Assembly (NCBI RefSeq): GCF_009914755.1
Contig: NC_060938.1
Source of the DNA: the human T2T-CHM13v2.0 reference genome, Homo sapiens
Length of the DNA stretch: 64,000 nucleotides
Direction: 5' to 3' (one strand)
A program made the translations under genes and the position numbers. Shown here in pieces: positions 42,611 through 56,079 of this stretch (within the stretch, counting starts at the first letter, position 1; every line of letters begins with the position of its first letter). Under the pieces are notes generated by a model. The model searched no databases. It was not told the origin of the DNA and saw nothing but the letters and a program-made list of their open reading frames with translations.

Positions 42611-44187
42611 CCCATTAATACTTCTTTTCCCATTTTTCTTTTGGAATCTTAGTATTTTATCTTCCTTCACAAATCTTTGCATATATTCAGTGTATTCAGT
42701 CTGCGTTGTATTTATGGTATTTTTTAAACTAGTATTTGGTTTGCCTTTTAATGTACAGATGTTTAAAAGTTTCATGTACCCAAATCTGTCAATGTTTTCT
42801 TTTGTGATTTCTTTCATTAGTTTTGCTCATGGAAAATGTTTCCCCATTAGATATCACATTTTTTCCCTGATATTTTATTAATTTCAAACTAAGTCCTTAC
42901 CACCCATTAATTTCATAAGAAAAGAAATCCACTATTTGAGAATTAGGAGCACTTTGCTGCTGATCATGGTTACTACAGGTTGTATTTTTGTAGTTCTCTG
43001 CACAAAGGGGCCACTTGCACTAATTGTTAACTTTTGGCTTTGATGTGGTACTTGAGATGTGAGTGCCTGTTTAATTCTGTGTTAATCTGTGGTTCTGTTA
43101 CATTTGGATCGTTGCGAAAGTACCTTATTGAATACAAATATGAAAATGAACAAAGTAAAATAAAATTAAACTAGTCATGATTGACTCCTATGTGAGTTCA
43201 TACTTTAAGAGGCCCAGAAATTGTGACTCTTTTCAGATGTAACTGATATAAAAAAACCTACCTTACTTTCCTGTGATAGTTATGGATTGTAGCATTAGGC
43301 TCAAGTTGACTGCCAACATAGTTTATGGTGATAACTGCTATATTTCTAATTTGTACAAGTTCAATTTTTTAGAAATATATAAATCCATTGAAGTGAAAAT
43401 GCTTCCAATTTGCTGGAAAATGAATATTGCTAACTTACATCGTAGGTAATTATTAAGTGTTGGTTTGTGATACTTAAATCAGTTGTCTCATGATTTTTAC
43501 ACCAAAAACTCACTTTTAGAAGTAATATTCTTGTTGGCATTCCAGGTGACATAGGTAAAAAAATATTTTATTGAATTTAAAGCCTAAGTATGTAGTGATA
43601 CTCTTACATCATATGTTTGTTTATTGTCTGTCTCTCAAAGTAAATATAAACATTTTTAGGGCAGTATTTTCAGCACGTAGAATGATGCCTCAAATATTTA
43701 TGGAATAATGGATATTTGTTGAGTGAATATCAGGGCACGGACTTAAAATTATAGGAAAAAGAAATACTTCTGCTTGAGTACCTAGAATTTACCAGCCATT
43801 GTATGAGATGTTTGGTGATCTCATGACTATATAGAGAGCATTGTTTTTCTAAAGATGAACCTGGTTTTACCTTTGCCATTAATTTTCTGGATAACATCAA
43901 GAGTGATAGGTTTTTAGGAGACAGTAGGAAACTACAGACAGTGGAGAGCTCCATCATGTTTCAAGGTAGATTTCTCTCCTGGGAGAAGGTTACTAAAGAG
44001 CCTTAGCTAACCACTCTCTCTGTTTTCACTTGGCTGTAACCAGAACTGTAATCAGAAATGGCGTGGAAGGCTGGTGAAAGCCGTGGTTGCTGTTGAACGG
44101 GCATATGTGCACTTAGGTAGTTTGCTGATGTAGGTTTAGTTTGTGAATCTAGATAATCTGGGAGTCTCTTTTTAATTTCCTGAAGCA

Positions 44188-44487
44188 TTTTGTTTTTGTT
44201 TTTTTAGAGACAGGATTTGCTCTGTCACCCAGGCTGAAGTACAGTGGCACAGTCATGGCTCACTATATACTCAAACCTCCAGGGTCAACCAAGTCTCCTA
44301 CCTGAGCCTCCTAAATAGCTGAGACTACAGGTGCACGCCGCTACACTTGGCTAAGTTTCTTATTTTTTGTAGAGACACGGTCTTGCTGTATTGCCAAGGC
44401 TGATCTCAAGCTCCTGGCCTCAAGTGATCCTCCTGCATTGACCTCCCAAAATGTTGGGATTACTGGTGTAAGCCAGGGCACTTGGCC
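44188..44487 (-). mobile_element. AluJ
   Basis: TSD gaagcattttg. Confidence 0.9.
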
Positions 44488-44569
44488 TTGCCGAAGCATT
44501 TTGATGCATGCAAACTAGCAGCAGATGTCAACATTTTCATTTTCTACTCAATCGTAATTTCAGCTTTAC

Positions 44570-44887
<318 letters not shown>

Positions 44888-45706
44888 TAGAGAAAGGCAT
44901 CAAAAGGAAGTTTTTCCAACTTTTCTTAATAATAGGTACTTTTTATAGATTTTCCCCTGCCCAGTGGCATTGGACTCTCCCAGAAAAATTTTATGCCAGG
45001 ATTGTTGTAAAATATTGTCAAGCATTCATGATTTTATCATTTATGGTGGTAAGGGTCTCATAGAGATGTTATGTGAAACACTGTAACATTTTCTTTACCT
45101 GCCAAATAAGTATAGAGTAATAAAAAGAACAATTGTTTTTAAAGCCAAAAGATTTTGACCTGGTTCCTGATTTATCATGAGTATGCTTTTAACCTGATCT
45201 ATGGTTGTGAACAGAATAAAAACTTTTCTGCATTTTTTCTACGAAATTAAAATGTAATTCTTAAAATTTCCAAAAGCATGTTTTCTAACTATTGAAAAAA
45301 TAAGTTTATTCCCATTCAAAGTAGAATTATATAAACTTTTTTTTTTTGTATAAAGTTTCACTTCATGTTACTGAACTGGACTTGACATGGAAAACTTGTC
45401 CTTGAATAATCATTGAAAAATAGGCTGGGGGAGTGAGACTTTTTCATTAACACACTAAATTTATGCTCCATATGTAAGATATTTGTATATTTTTTAGTGG
45501 ACTCTGATTATTGTAACTGAATTTAAAGATGCATCTTAAGACCCTACTGTAATCTACCTACCATTAATGTGTTCATTCGTTTCTTCATTCTACTTGCAAA
45601 CTTCTGTTTAAACTTTATCTTTGATCAAAATATTGTCTACTTTTAGTAAAAATTAAATTGTTAAGTATTTGTGAATAAAATTCATATTTACCTATTCAGA
45701 TTTACT

Positions 45707-46230
45707 TGTGTCAGGAATGCAGTCATCTGCAAGCATTAGAAAACCTCTCTAGTAGCATAAGCAAAAGGAAATTAATTCTCCCACATAAAAAGTAGCCCCA
45801 GAAATCAACAGTCCAGGGCTGTTACACATGTTCAGTGATGCCACAAGAGACCCTGGAGCTTTTTCCTTGATTGTGTTGGTATCTTTCCTCATGCTAGTCT
45901 TATGAATGATAAGATGGCTGTTGCTCTTCTAGGTACCATGTACTCCAGGAGGAAGAAGGGGGAGTAAGAAGGTAGCAGGTAAAGGCTAGGTGAATCAGTC
46001 CCTTTTTATCAGGAAAGCTAAAGAGTGTTGCAGGCTTCTGTTTACTTTTCATTAGTCCTGATTTAGGACTAATCTGTTCCTGACTAGTTACCCCTAAACC
46101 AGTCCATGGCCACAGGGCAAAAGAGTCCATTAGAAAATTTAGAAAATTCCTGATGTATCTTCTAGGACACACCAAGGTGTCCCACACCCACCTGAACAAC
46201 TTGAGAATCTATTGTTAGTAAAGAATTGGG
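45707..46230 (-). mobile_element. Ancient MLT1 (L/M/N-type) LTR
   Basis: cagtccagggctg..cagtgatgccacaagagaccc, caagatggctg-like motif. Confidence 0.55.
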
Positions 46231-47061
46231 AGAACAGTATGGGTTAGTTAATGGACTGTGTCTTCCATACCTGCTGGAGTGAGGACAGTATGTATTAGAT
46301 AAACTTAGAAGCCCTGTGCATTTTGACTTCTTGATTCTTGGTCTTCTGGAATAAATTAGGGATTTTTTTTCAGGTTCTTCAGATATTCTTCTGTAGTCAT
46401 ACATATCCTGTCATTGTAGGGGATGATTTAGATATTAGGATAGCAAATACTGTGTTTTAGAGACTTCCTTGTTATTAAGTATATGATGAAATGGGAATTG
46501 AGTCATAACACTCTAAAATTGAAATTTGAAAGCTATTTAATGAATTTATGCTTTCTAAAAAGAGTTCTTTTTAGTAGCTCTCTAGAAGATTAATTTTGTT
46601 TTATTTGTAATTAAAATGGCTTGAAGATTCATTTTCAAAAAACATGGGCAATGATCATCATATATATACATTTATATTCCACTTTTTAGGCTTACCATAT
46701 CATAAAATTTTTCCCATGTAGTATAGTACTTTAAAAATTGCTTTGGTGTCACAATGTACTTAATCATTTCCCAGTTATACATTTAGTTCCATTTTGTGCT
46801 GCCATTAGCAATGCTATAATTCCATCTTTATATAGGTTATTTTTAATGTTGTATATTACTTTCTTTAGATTCTTCATATTTTAATGTCTTTTGAAACATT
46901 TAGCTGATCGCAATCCAATAGCATTGTACAATCCAATAGCATTAATTCGCAGTGCCCACCAGCAAGATATAAAAATAAAAGTTTTTCTGTCAATTTCCCC
47001 AGCATTGATTATTGGCAATTAAAAATTTTTTTGTTAATTAACAAGTGAAGAATTACTTTGA

Positions 47062-47389
<328 letters not shown>

Positions 47390-48221
47390 CAGGCTAAATA
47401 TTTCCTACTTATTTTTTTTCCTCTTGTAAATGGCATTCTTCTGTTCTTGATTAGTCTGTTACTTTCTTAAGTAACACAGTATATTTTTTCACGTTGTAAA
47501 ATGATACATTCTTGGTGTAGAATATTTGTTAGCCATAGACGTCACCTCACAAAGATCTATTAATATTTTTTCTGAACAATTTGTGTAAACTTTTAATGTA
47601 AGTAATTATATATTTTATTCATAATATATATACTATATTGTCTCAATCTATGTGCCTGATAGTGCATTAGACTCTTGGGGATACTATGGTCAGTATAACA
47701 GGTATCATATCTATGACATCAGAAAAAAAATGATACTTTTGTTTATTTTTCCCTAATATTTGTATCATTTCATTTTAGGACATAGTAAATTACCCAGTCT
47801 TTATAATAATAATAATTTTTTGTTGTTTAAAATAAGTGTGTTTATCAAAAATAGAACCCATAAGAAACTTCATGTAGAATTTTATTATTAAATGCTTACT
47901 TTGTGTCTGTTAAATGATTTTTACACTTTTTTCATGTTTTAGTTATATGGATTATTAACAGATTTACTAATATTGCCTAAAACTTCATTTGTGTACATCA
48001 ATAATGTATCCAAAGTTGCTATTAAAGTGTTCAGCACATAATAAATGCTCAATTAATAGAATAGCTTTTTCAGTAACTTGCATGTTAAGATTGGCATCCT
48101 ATTTAACCCAGAATTCGTTGGATAACCTGCTGGTTTTTATTTCATGTTTTGTTATTTGTATTTTTTTCCATGTGTATGGAACATATAATGTGTGACTTCT
48201 TAATTTAATCAGGAAATTAAA

Positions 48222-48442
48222 GTCTCAGCTCACTGCAACTTCCACTCCCGGGTTCAAGCAATTCTCCTGCCTCAGCCTCCCAAGTAGCTGGGATTACAGG
48301 CACCTGCCACCACACCCGGCTAATTTTTTGTATTTTTAGTAGAGGTGGGGTTTTGCCATGTTGGTGAGGCTGGTCTTGAGCTCCTGACCTCAAGTGATCC
48401 GCCCGCCTCGGCTTCCCAAAGTGCTAGGATTACAGGCGTGGC
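48222..48442 (-). mobile_element. Partial AluS
   Basis: Both ends truncated. Confidence 0.9.
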
Positions 48443-48449
48443 CCCCTTT

Positions 48450-48650
48450 CTTGCTTTATTATTGTTCATAGCACTTTGTAGCATGTCAAAAAATGTTGTT
48501 ATTTATTTGTTGTCTGCCTGTTTCCCTGGACTGTAACTCCATGGAAGGCAGGCAGGGACTTTTGTCAGTTTGACCAGTGCTGTAGTCTGGGTACTAAGAA
48601 TAATACCTGGCGTAGAGTAGACATACAATAAATATTTGTCTAATTATTGT
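48450..48650 (+). mobile_element. L2 3' end
   Basis: ctccatggaaggcagg...cctggcgtagagtagacatacaataaatatttg. Confidence 0.75.
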
Positions 48651-49439
48651 GATTCGTTTCAGTTGATTTCTCTTTTTATATCTCAGTTTTTGTCTTGATT
48701 TTATTTATTACTACTTGACATAAAATGTCATGTTTTAGTACAAATACTTCTTTTATCATAGCATCTAGCTTGATGTTTTTCTTTTAAACTTGACAATAAT
48801 AGTACCTCCTCGTTTTTTTTTTTTAACACGATTTTGTTAAATATCTTCTTTAAAATTTTTTCTGTCTTCTTTTGGTTTGTACATCTTGGATTTCGTATTT
48901 TCTTTCTTAATACAAACTGAGGTTCTTTTAATAAGTTAAAGTAATTTGCTTTTGTTTTTGCACTTATATTACTAAGGTGTTTTTTAAAACTATGACTCCT
49001 TAAGAATTACAGTCAGTGCCTTTTGATTTATTGGACATGACATTTCCTTTTATATCTTCAAATGATTTTGAGTGTAACATCTGAACTAAGCTACTTCTCA
49101 TGACCTATTTATCTCATTGCTTCTGTTCTCAATCCTATTATTATTCTGTACTACCTCACAATGCAGTGGATTTCAATTCATTCCTTTCTGCTATAGCACA
49201 CACTATCTTCTTTACTGAACTTCTGTCTCCTAGGTTTGTCCTATTTTACCTCAGAGTTTCAGCTCCACTGTTTTCTTTGTGAAAGTTTTCGTAACTCTCC
49301 AGCAATCTTAGGCAGTGGTCCTGTGTATTCTTACTGCACTATATGTATATTTCCAGGCATTTTCTTCTTATACTGCAGTGTGCTTTCCACAGTCATACAG
49401 AAAGTGGCATACAGAAAGTGCTCAGTAGATATTAGTTAT

Positions 49440-49751
49440 GTTTTTTTCTCATTTTCCTTTTTTATTTTTAAAAAACTGGAGTCTCACTCTGTTAGGCTGT
49501 AGTGCAGTGGCACGAACACAGCTCACTGCAGCCTCCACCTTCTGTCTCAAGGGATCCTCTCACCTCAAATTCCCAAGTAGTAGGGACTACAGGCATGTAC
49601 CAGCATGCCTGGCCAATTTTTAAATTTGTTTTTTTGAGATGGAGTCTTGCTATGTTTTCTAGATTGGTCTTGAACTCCTGGGCTCAATCGATCCTCTTGC
49701 CTCAGCCTCCCAATGTGCTTAGATTACAAGCATGAGCTGCAATATCTGGCC
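49440..49751 (-). mobile_element. AluJ
   Basis: TSD ctcattttcctt. Confidence 0.87.
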
Positions 49752-49985
49752 TCATTTTCCTTCTTAATACTATTTTCTTTTATAACTTAAAGTTATACTC
49801 TCTATACTTTTCTTGGGTATAATGTGCATAAATGAATGTATTTCTGTGACTTTTTTTTTCTTTTTCTTCTTTTTTTTTTTTTAAACATACATGGAGGTCT
49901 GCTTTTGTTTCAGCAGGTACTCCATTTAGAAAAATGTGTAGTCTTCTTCCTCTTCCTTGATGTCCTGACTTCTTATCCTCGGCAT

Positions 49986-50302
49986 TTTCTTTCTTTTTTT
50001 TTTTTTTTTTTTTTTCCGAGACAGAGTCTCACTCTGTCGCCCAGGCTGGAGTGCAGTGGCACGATCTTGGCTCACTGCAACCTCTGCCTCCCAGGGGTTC
50101 AGGCAATTCTCCTGCCTCAGCCTCCCAAGTAGCTGGGATTACAGGCATGTGCCACCACGCCTGGCTAATTTTTTTGGTATTTTTAGTAGAGACGGGATTT
50201 TACCATGTTAGCCAGGCTGGTCTCGAACTCCTGACCTTGTGATCCGCCCGCCTTGGTCTCCCAAAGTGCTGGGATTGGAGGAGTGAGCCACCACGCCCGG
50301 CC
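49986..50302 (-). mobile_element. AluS (Sc/Sg-like)
   Basis: TSD atcctcggcattttct/atccttggcattttct. Confidence 0.95.
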
Positions 50303-53130
50303 ATCCTTGGCATTTTCTTTCTTCTTTCTTTAGCTCTTTCTCCGCTTAGTGTAGCTGTCCACTTAATAGTAAAATAAGTACTAGTTACTTTCACAGGTTC
50401 TTATCGTTACTTTTCCATACTTTAATTCCTCACTTAAAGGTATGTTTTTGGTCTTTTCTCTTCATCCAGTGAACCATGCCTGCTGTTTCTGTCCCTATAA
50501 AGAGTACTTGGTTTCACACGATCAGATTGACAAAAATTTTAAGTTGGTGAGAATGTGGAATAGAAAAGTGTGTCCTCTTCTGAAGAACATTGGCTCTTTT
50601 CTATTTGTTAATATTTTCTTCTTTTGGAGTTTGTATTTGGAAATTCTCATTTTTATCCTAGTGTCTTGTTTTTCATGTTTATCCTAATGTCTTCCATTCA
50701 CATGATCTCTCCAACAATTTTCCCTTCATTCTGTTGATCAATTTTTGTCTGTCTTATATAACACAACCTTTTCAGTTGGGTCAGGTGTTGTTTTTGTTGG
50801 TTTTCTTCTTAGTAATTTGCTAGGCTCTGGAGACCTTGTCTTACAGGAGACTTTTTTGAAGTTATTTTCCTTATGTGCTCTTAATTGCAGAGATACTGAA
50901 TTTGGTTTTGGGAAGGGGTTTGGTAGGCCTGCCTAGAGATTTTACCGAAGGTTCCACCTTCCATGAATTTTGTAATCAAGCAAAAATTAATTGCATTTCA
51001 AGAATAATTTTGAAAGTATAATATCTTTTCCACACTAAAGTCATGCAGTAAGAAATATAATAATATAATCTGTAACAAACTCCTTGCCATGTCCTTTAGT
51101 GAAGGTGGTGGATTATATGCAATAGTCATTTGGGTTGTCAAATCCTGTATCATTGCATAAATAAATATCCACATATGGTAAGATTTACTCCTCCTTTAAA
51201 TATTCTGGCCATGTTTTTATAACTTTCTTACTGATCTCTCATTACTTTTAATAAAAATTATGGGGTGTATGTAATTTCCTGTGTATTACTTCCAAAGTAA
51301 TTACAGTTTTTGGAAAACTCCTTTATAGAAAATATTTATAAAAAGAAAAATCCTTCCAAAAAATTAACTTTCTATTTTTCCATATTCCTCTGAAGTCCTT
51401 GTGCTTTTGCATATATAAATATGTGTTCACAGAGTAGAATGTAATATATTTATTTTTAAATTTAACATTATATCTTAAATTTAGGCCATGTTAACTACTA
51501 GCCAACTCAATAAGACAACAAAAGAAAAACATTGTCATTTTGAAAATGACATGAGTGTCTAACTAGGGAAATTAAAGAGAATCATCAAAATATTAACTCT
51601 AATAAGACTTCAGTAAGATTACTAGATATGAAGTAAATAAACAAAAAAACCCAATAGTTTTGTAGTACACCAGTAACGGTATATTAGAAAATATGATCAC
51701 ATGAATGATCTTAGTCACAAAATAAAATAATTTACTTTATAATAACCTAGCAGAAGATATGTAATGGCCTTATGAATTAAAAGTTATTAAAGCAGATCTA
51801 AATAAATAGGAGCTGTATATGTTACTGAGTGGGAAGTCTCAATATTAAAAATAATTTAAAGTTCCCTAAACTAATTTATAAATTTGTGCAATTCAAAAAC
51901 GAAACAGCAGAACCAAGAGTGTTTGGCATGAAACTTGACAGAGTGATTCTAAAATTAGCCGAGGAAGTAGAATTAATGGGGTTAGCAGGATGTATTATAA
52001 TGCTGTGGCATTTGAATTGGTGTGGCATTAGCACACGGAGAGAGAAATGCACCATCAAAACAGAAGAGAGACCACAAAAAGAGACCTCCACATGCACGGG
52101 AACTTGTTTTTGACATTGTATACAAGTCAGTAATTCAAAAGTATTGATGGCTATTTAAGAAGTAGTGGTGGGACAGTATGATAAAAATATATTCCTGTAA
52201 ATTCTAGATGAATTAAAGCCATTTAATCCTATTTTAAAGGAACATTTCTAAACTTTTAGAAGAAAATATGGGAAGACATCTGTATGATATTGGTGATTGG
52301 GAGGCCTTTAGAGCAAAACACCCAATTACAAATCTTACCATGTTAAAATTTTCAAATACAGATATATAAAAAATACACTTTAAACAAAAGCCAACACAAG
52401 GTACAGACTCTGCGAATAAAGTCAGACGTATATGTCTAATGAAGGGTTAATATCCATAGTATATAAAGGAATTCTACCTTATCAGTAACAGTGAAGAAAA
52501 AGACCTATTAGAAAAATGGACAGAACATAAGTGGGTAAGATCAGTAAACAAATTAAAATTCTCTAATTATCAGGGAAAGCCTAATGAAAGCAACAAGATA
52601 ACACTTTATATTCTTATATTAGTCATAATTTAAAAGCAAAGCTGTGGCAGCAAGCAGGGCCCCCCACACATTACTATGAGTTGTAAAATTGTTACAACTT
52701 TGGAGTGAAGTTTGACTTTCTCTAAGGATGTTGAAAGATGCTCCAACTTAAACTTTCAGCAGTTCCCATTCTAGAGCTCTCTAGAGAGACTTTTGCATGT
52801 TTCTAAAGAAGATGTGAAAGGAAGGTTCCTCCTATCATTGTTTTTAATAGCAAAAAATTGGAAATCTAGACATCAGTCAACAAATTCTGGTGTATGCAAA
52901 AAATGGAAAAACAGAAGCCGTTTATAAAGGATCTATAACTTTTTGTAGCAACGTGGAGAAATCTTGATAGTAATTTTTTTTTTTAAAGTGAGGGAAAGTT
53001 TATGTAGAAAGTAAAGGAATAAAAGAATGGCTACTCCATAGGCAGAGCAGCAGCATGGGCTGCTCAATGGAGCAAACTTATAGTTATTTCTTGATTATAT
53101 ACTAAACAAGGGTCAGATTATTCATGAGTT

Positions 53131-53139
53131 TTCTGGGAA
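53131..53139. promoter_or_regulatory. GAS (STAT) motif TTCTGGGAA, copy 1
   Basis: Matches TTCNNNGAA at the position of the MER41B-type GAS site; function untested. Confidence 0.5.
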
Positions 53140-53357
53140 TGAGGTGGACAATTTCCAGAACTGAGGGTACCTCCCCTTTTTAGACCATATAGGGCAACTT
53201 CCAGATGTTGCCATGGCATTTGTAAACTGCAGTAGTGCTGGAGGAATAAAAGAATGGCTACTCCATAGGCAGAGCAGCAGCATGGGCTGCTCAGTGGAGC
53301 AAACTTATAGTTATTTCTTGATTATATACTAAACAAGGGTCAGATTATTCATGAGTT

Positions 53358-53366
53358 TTCTGGGAA
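53358..53366. promoter_or_regulatory. GAS (STAT) motif TTCTGGGAA, copy 2
   Basis: Created by the 227-bp duplication; function untested. Confidence 0.5.
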
Positions 53367-55769
53367 TGAGGTGGACAATTTCCAGAACTGAGGGTTCCTC
53401 CCCTTTTTAGACCATATAGGACAACTTCCAGATGTTGCCATGGCATTTGTAAACTGCAGTAGTGCTGGTGGGAATGTCTTTTAGCATGCTAATGTATTAT
53501 AATTAGCGTATAACGAGCAGTGAAGACAACCAGAGGTCACTTTGATTGCCATCTTGGTTTTGGTGGGGTTTGGCTGGCTTCTTTATCACAACCTGTTTTA
53601 TCAGCAAGGTCTTAAAGACTTGTATCTTGTGCTGACCTCCCATCTCATCTTATGACTTAGAATGCCTAACCTCCTGGAAATGCAGCCCATAGGTGTCAGT
53701 CTCATTTTACCCAGCCTCTATACAAGATGGAGTCGCTCAGGTTTGAACACCTCTGACATATTTCTCTCCTCCCTTTTACAAGGGAACCCTTAATCCTAAG
53801 GGTTGTAGAGGGACAAAAATCCATCTTTTGTAACTTCTTCAGGCCGAATAGGTGTGATGATATTCTTGCCAAACTGTTAGGGTGTCTTGTATCCAGGGAA
53901 TAGAGGAGCTCAGTCAGAAAGCATCAGTATGGTGAGGGCCATTCACAAGCCTGAGTTCTGACAAAAGGTGGTATCCAGAGTTGACCAATTGGTGTTGCAC
54001 TGTTTCCTCTGGGTCAGAGGTCTCCTTAGCATAGTTCCTCCTTGGTTCGCTAGGAAGATGTTACTGGAAAGAGGTCCCAATCCAGACCCCAAGAGAGGGT
54101 CCTTGGATCTTGTGCAAGAAAGAATTCGAGGTGAATCCGTAAAGTGAGAGCAAGTTTATTAAGCAAGTAAAGGAATGAAAGAGGAATGGCTGCTCCATAG
54201 ACAGAGAAGCCAAATCCTGATAATAATTTTGTGTGAAAAAAGAAAGTTGCAAAAGGATACATTCCAAATGATACCATCTATATAAATTTCATAAACACAC
54301 AGTACTATTATGGGTCCATTTCCGTTTTGTAAAAGTTTAACAAAATGTGTGTCGGAAGAATGCATACTGTCCTTAGGAAGACAGTTCCTCTGGAGAGGCC
54401 AGGAGAAGCATGGGATGGGAAGTTGATATTTTAGCTATATTCATAATGTTTCTTTCCTTTTTGATGTGCAGCAAACTTGACAGATTAATAGTTATTAAAT
54501 CTGGATGGCTGGTATGTTTTTGCATATGTCAAATATTTTATAATCAATAGTTTTCAGTTTTATCGTGTAGCAGTTTCCAGTTAAATACGTTGCATTGAAC
54601 ATGTGTAGTTATTTACTTTCCCTCATCAAGCCCTATGCCAGTGTTACTCAAGGAATATAAAAAAATGTATGAAGACAGGTAAGGGGGAAAGACATAGGAG
54701 CAGATTTGAATGATCAACACCATTTTTGTCACCAGAGAGAGGGGCATGAATTTTAATTTAACTAATTTAGTGACGTGAAAAGAGTGTCTTGAATGGCTTT
54801 ACTGAGGGATTCCAAAAAATGTTGACTCTCTGCAACCCCAGGATTGGAGGGTCCCAAGTAGCTGGGAGGATTGCACTAAGGGGTGGAATTAGTTTTAAGT
54901 AGATACTTGGGGTCCTTTCCCTAACCATAGTGTAATTATAGAGGCTCTGGAAATAGGAATTATTTGAAACCTTTGTTGCTGAGATTTGTTCCCAGGATGC
55001 TGGCAGTCAGACGGGAAGTGGAACCATTCTTCTTCAGAGACACTGAAATGTATCCTAGAAATGAACTACAAATATGGCATTTGTGGGTCCCCCAGTATAG
55101 AAGGGGAAACCCTCTGTCTGATTTAAGAAGGAATGGAATTTATGGTAATAATATTTAGTAGCTTGTAGAATCACTGGAAAGGCTGTAGAACTGGGTTCGA
55201 AAAATAGGAAAAACAAGGGAGGCCAGGTAGCCAAGACAACACTCGTTCCCACAAGTAGGCTGGTGTGGTGTTGCCCATGAACACTGGATGTCTGGCTTGA
55301 CATTGCCACTGTCAGTACTTGCCTGAGGTTGTCAGTGTGCAGCATTGGCACTGCTTCTGCCACCACCTTCCATGTAAATGGATTCGCCTCTTTCCTGCTT
55401 TCTTTAGACACTACTGTTGATTCAGAGTCCAGGACATGCATGTCTCATTGGCTGAGGGGCTGACTGTGTGTCTGCACCCTGTCTGTAAGAACGGCTATGT
55501 TAAGTAACATTGTGGCATTTTTAGCTTCTACTATGGAAGGCAGATTTTGTATAACGAAAGGAGAGGTGATTCCCTGGATGTAGATACAAAGTTTAGAGGA
55601 TAAGCAGATGTTAGGAAGTCATAGTGTTTTCCCCTCTATCCAGTTTCCCCAGGTAAACCAACTAGATCTCTACTTAGTCCCTTTCATGAAGTCTACTTAG
55701 TAGTCAACAAGCCGTGCCTCACACAGAGCTTCAGTCTACTATTTTTTTTCTTTTTTCTTTTTTAAAATC

Positions 55770-56079
55770 CATTTATCTTTATTTATTTATTTATTTATTT
55801 ATTTTTGAGATGAGGTCTCACTCTGTCACACAAGTTGGAGTGTAGTGGCATGATCTCGGTTCACTGCAACCTCCACCTCACAGCCTAAAGCAGTCCTCAC
55901 ACCTCAGCCTCTCAGGTAGCTGCGACCACAGGTGAACGCCACTACACCTGGCTAAAGTTTTGTAGTGATAGAGTTCTGCCATGTTGCCTAGGCTGGTCTT
56001 GAACTCCTGAGCTCAAGAGATTCAGCCACCTTGGCCTCTCAAAGAGCTGGGATTACAGGTGTGAGCCACTGTGCTTGGC
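55770..56079 (-). mobile_element. AluJ
   Basis: Dimer with (TTTA)n tail. Confidence 0.9.

Larger units (their letters stand above)
53015..53468. repeat. 227-bp tandem duplication inside the MER41 LTR
   Basis: 53015-53241 vs 53242-53468; 3 substitutions seen. Confidence 0.97.
52974..54211 (-). mobile_element. Processed (L1-retrotransposed) MER41 ERV1 transcript: R-U5-PBS-internal-PPT-U3-R-poly(A)
   Basis: MER41 LTR sequence; 5' LTR lacks U3 (54059-54211), 3' LTR lacks U5 (52985-53758); T11 at 52974-52984; TSD aaatcttgatagtaa (52959-52973)/aaatcctgataataa (54212-54226). Confidence 0.85.
51500..54545 (+). mobile_element. L1ME-age ORF2/3' remnant hosting the MER41 retrocopy
   Basis: A-rich decayed ORF2 (gaaacttgacagagtgattctaaaatt, aaacttttagaagaaaatatggg); L1 3' sequence resumes after 54230. 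Confidence 0.7.

Noticed and set aside
52974-54211. Ordinary deleted provirus or two adjacent solo LTRs
   Set aside because: Reciprocal loss of U3 and U5, poly(A) and a long TSD fit an RNA-derived TPRT insertion better
55050-55620. Possible ancient ERVL-type LTR and 128-aa minus-strand ORF
   Set aside because: Too diverged to assign by eye; ORF has no recognisable homology
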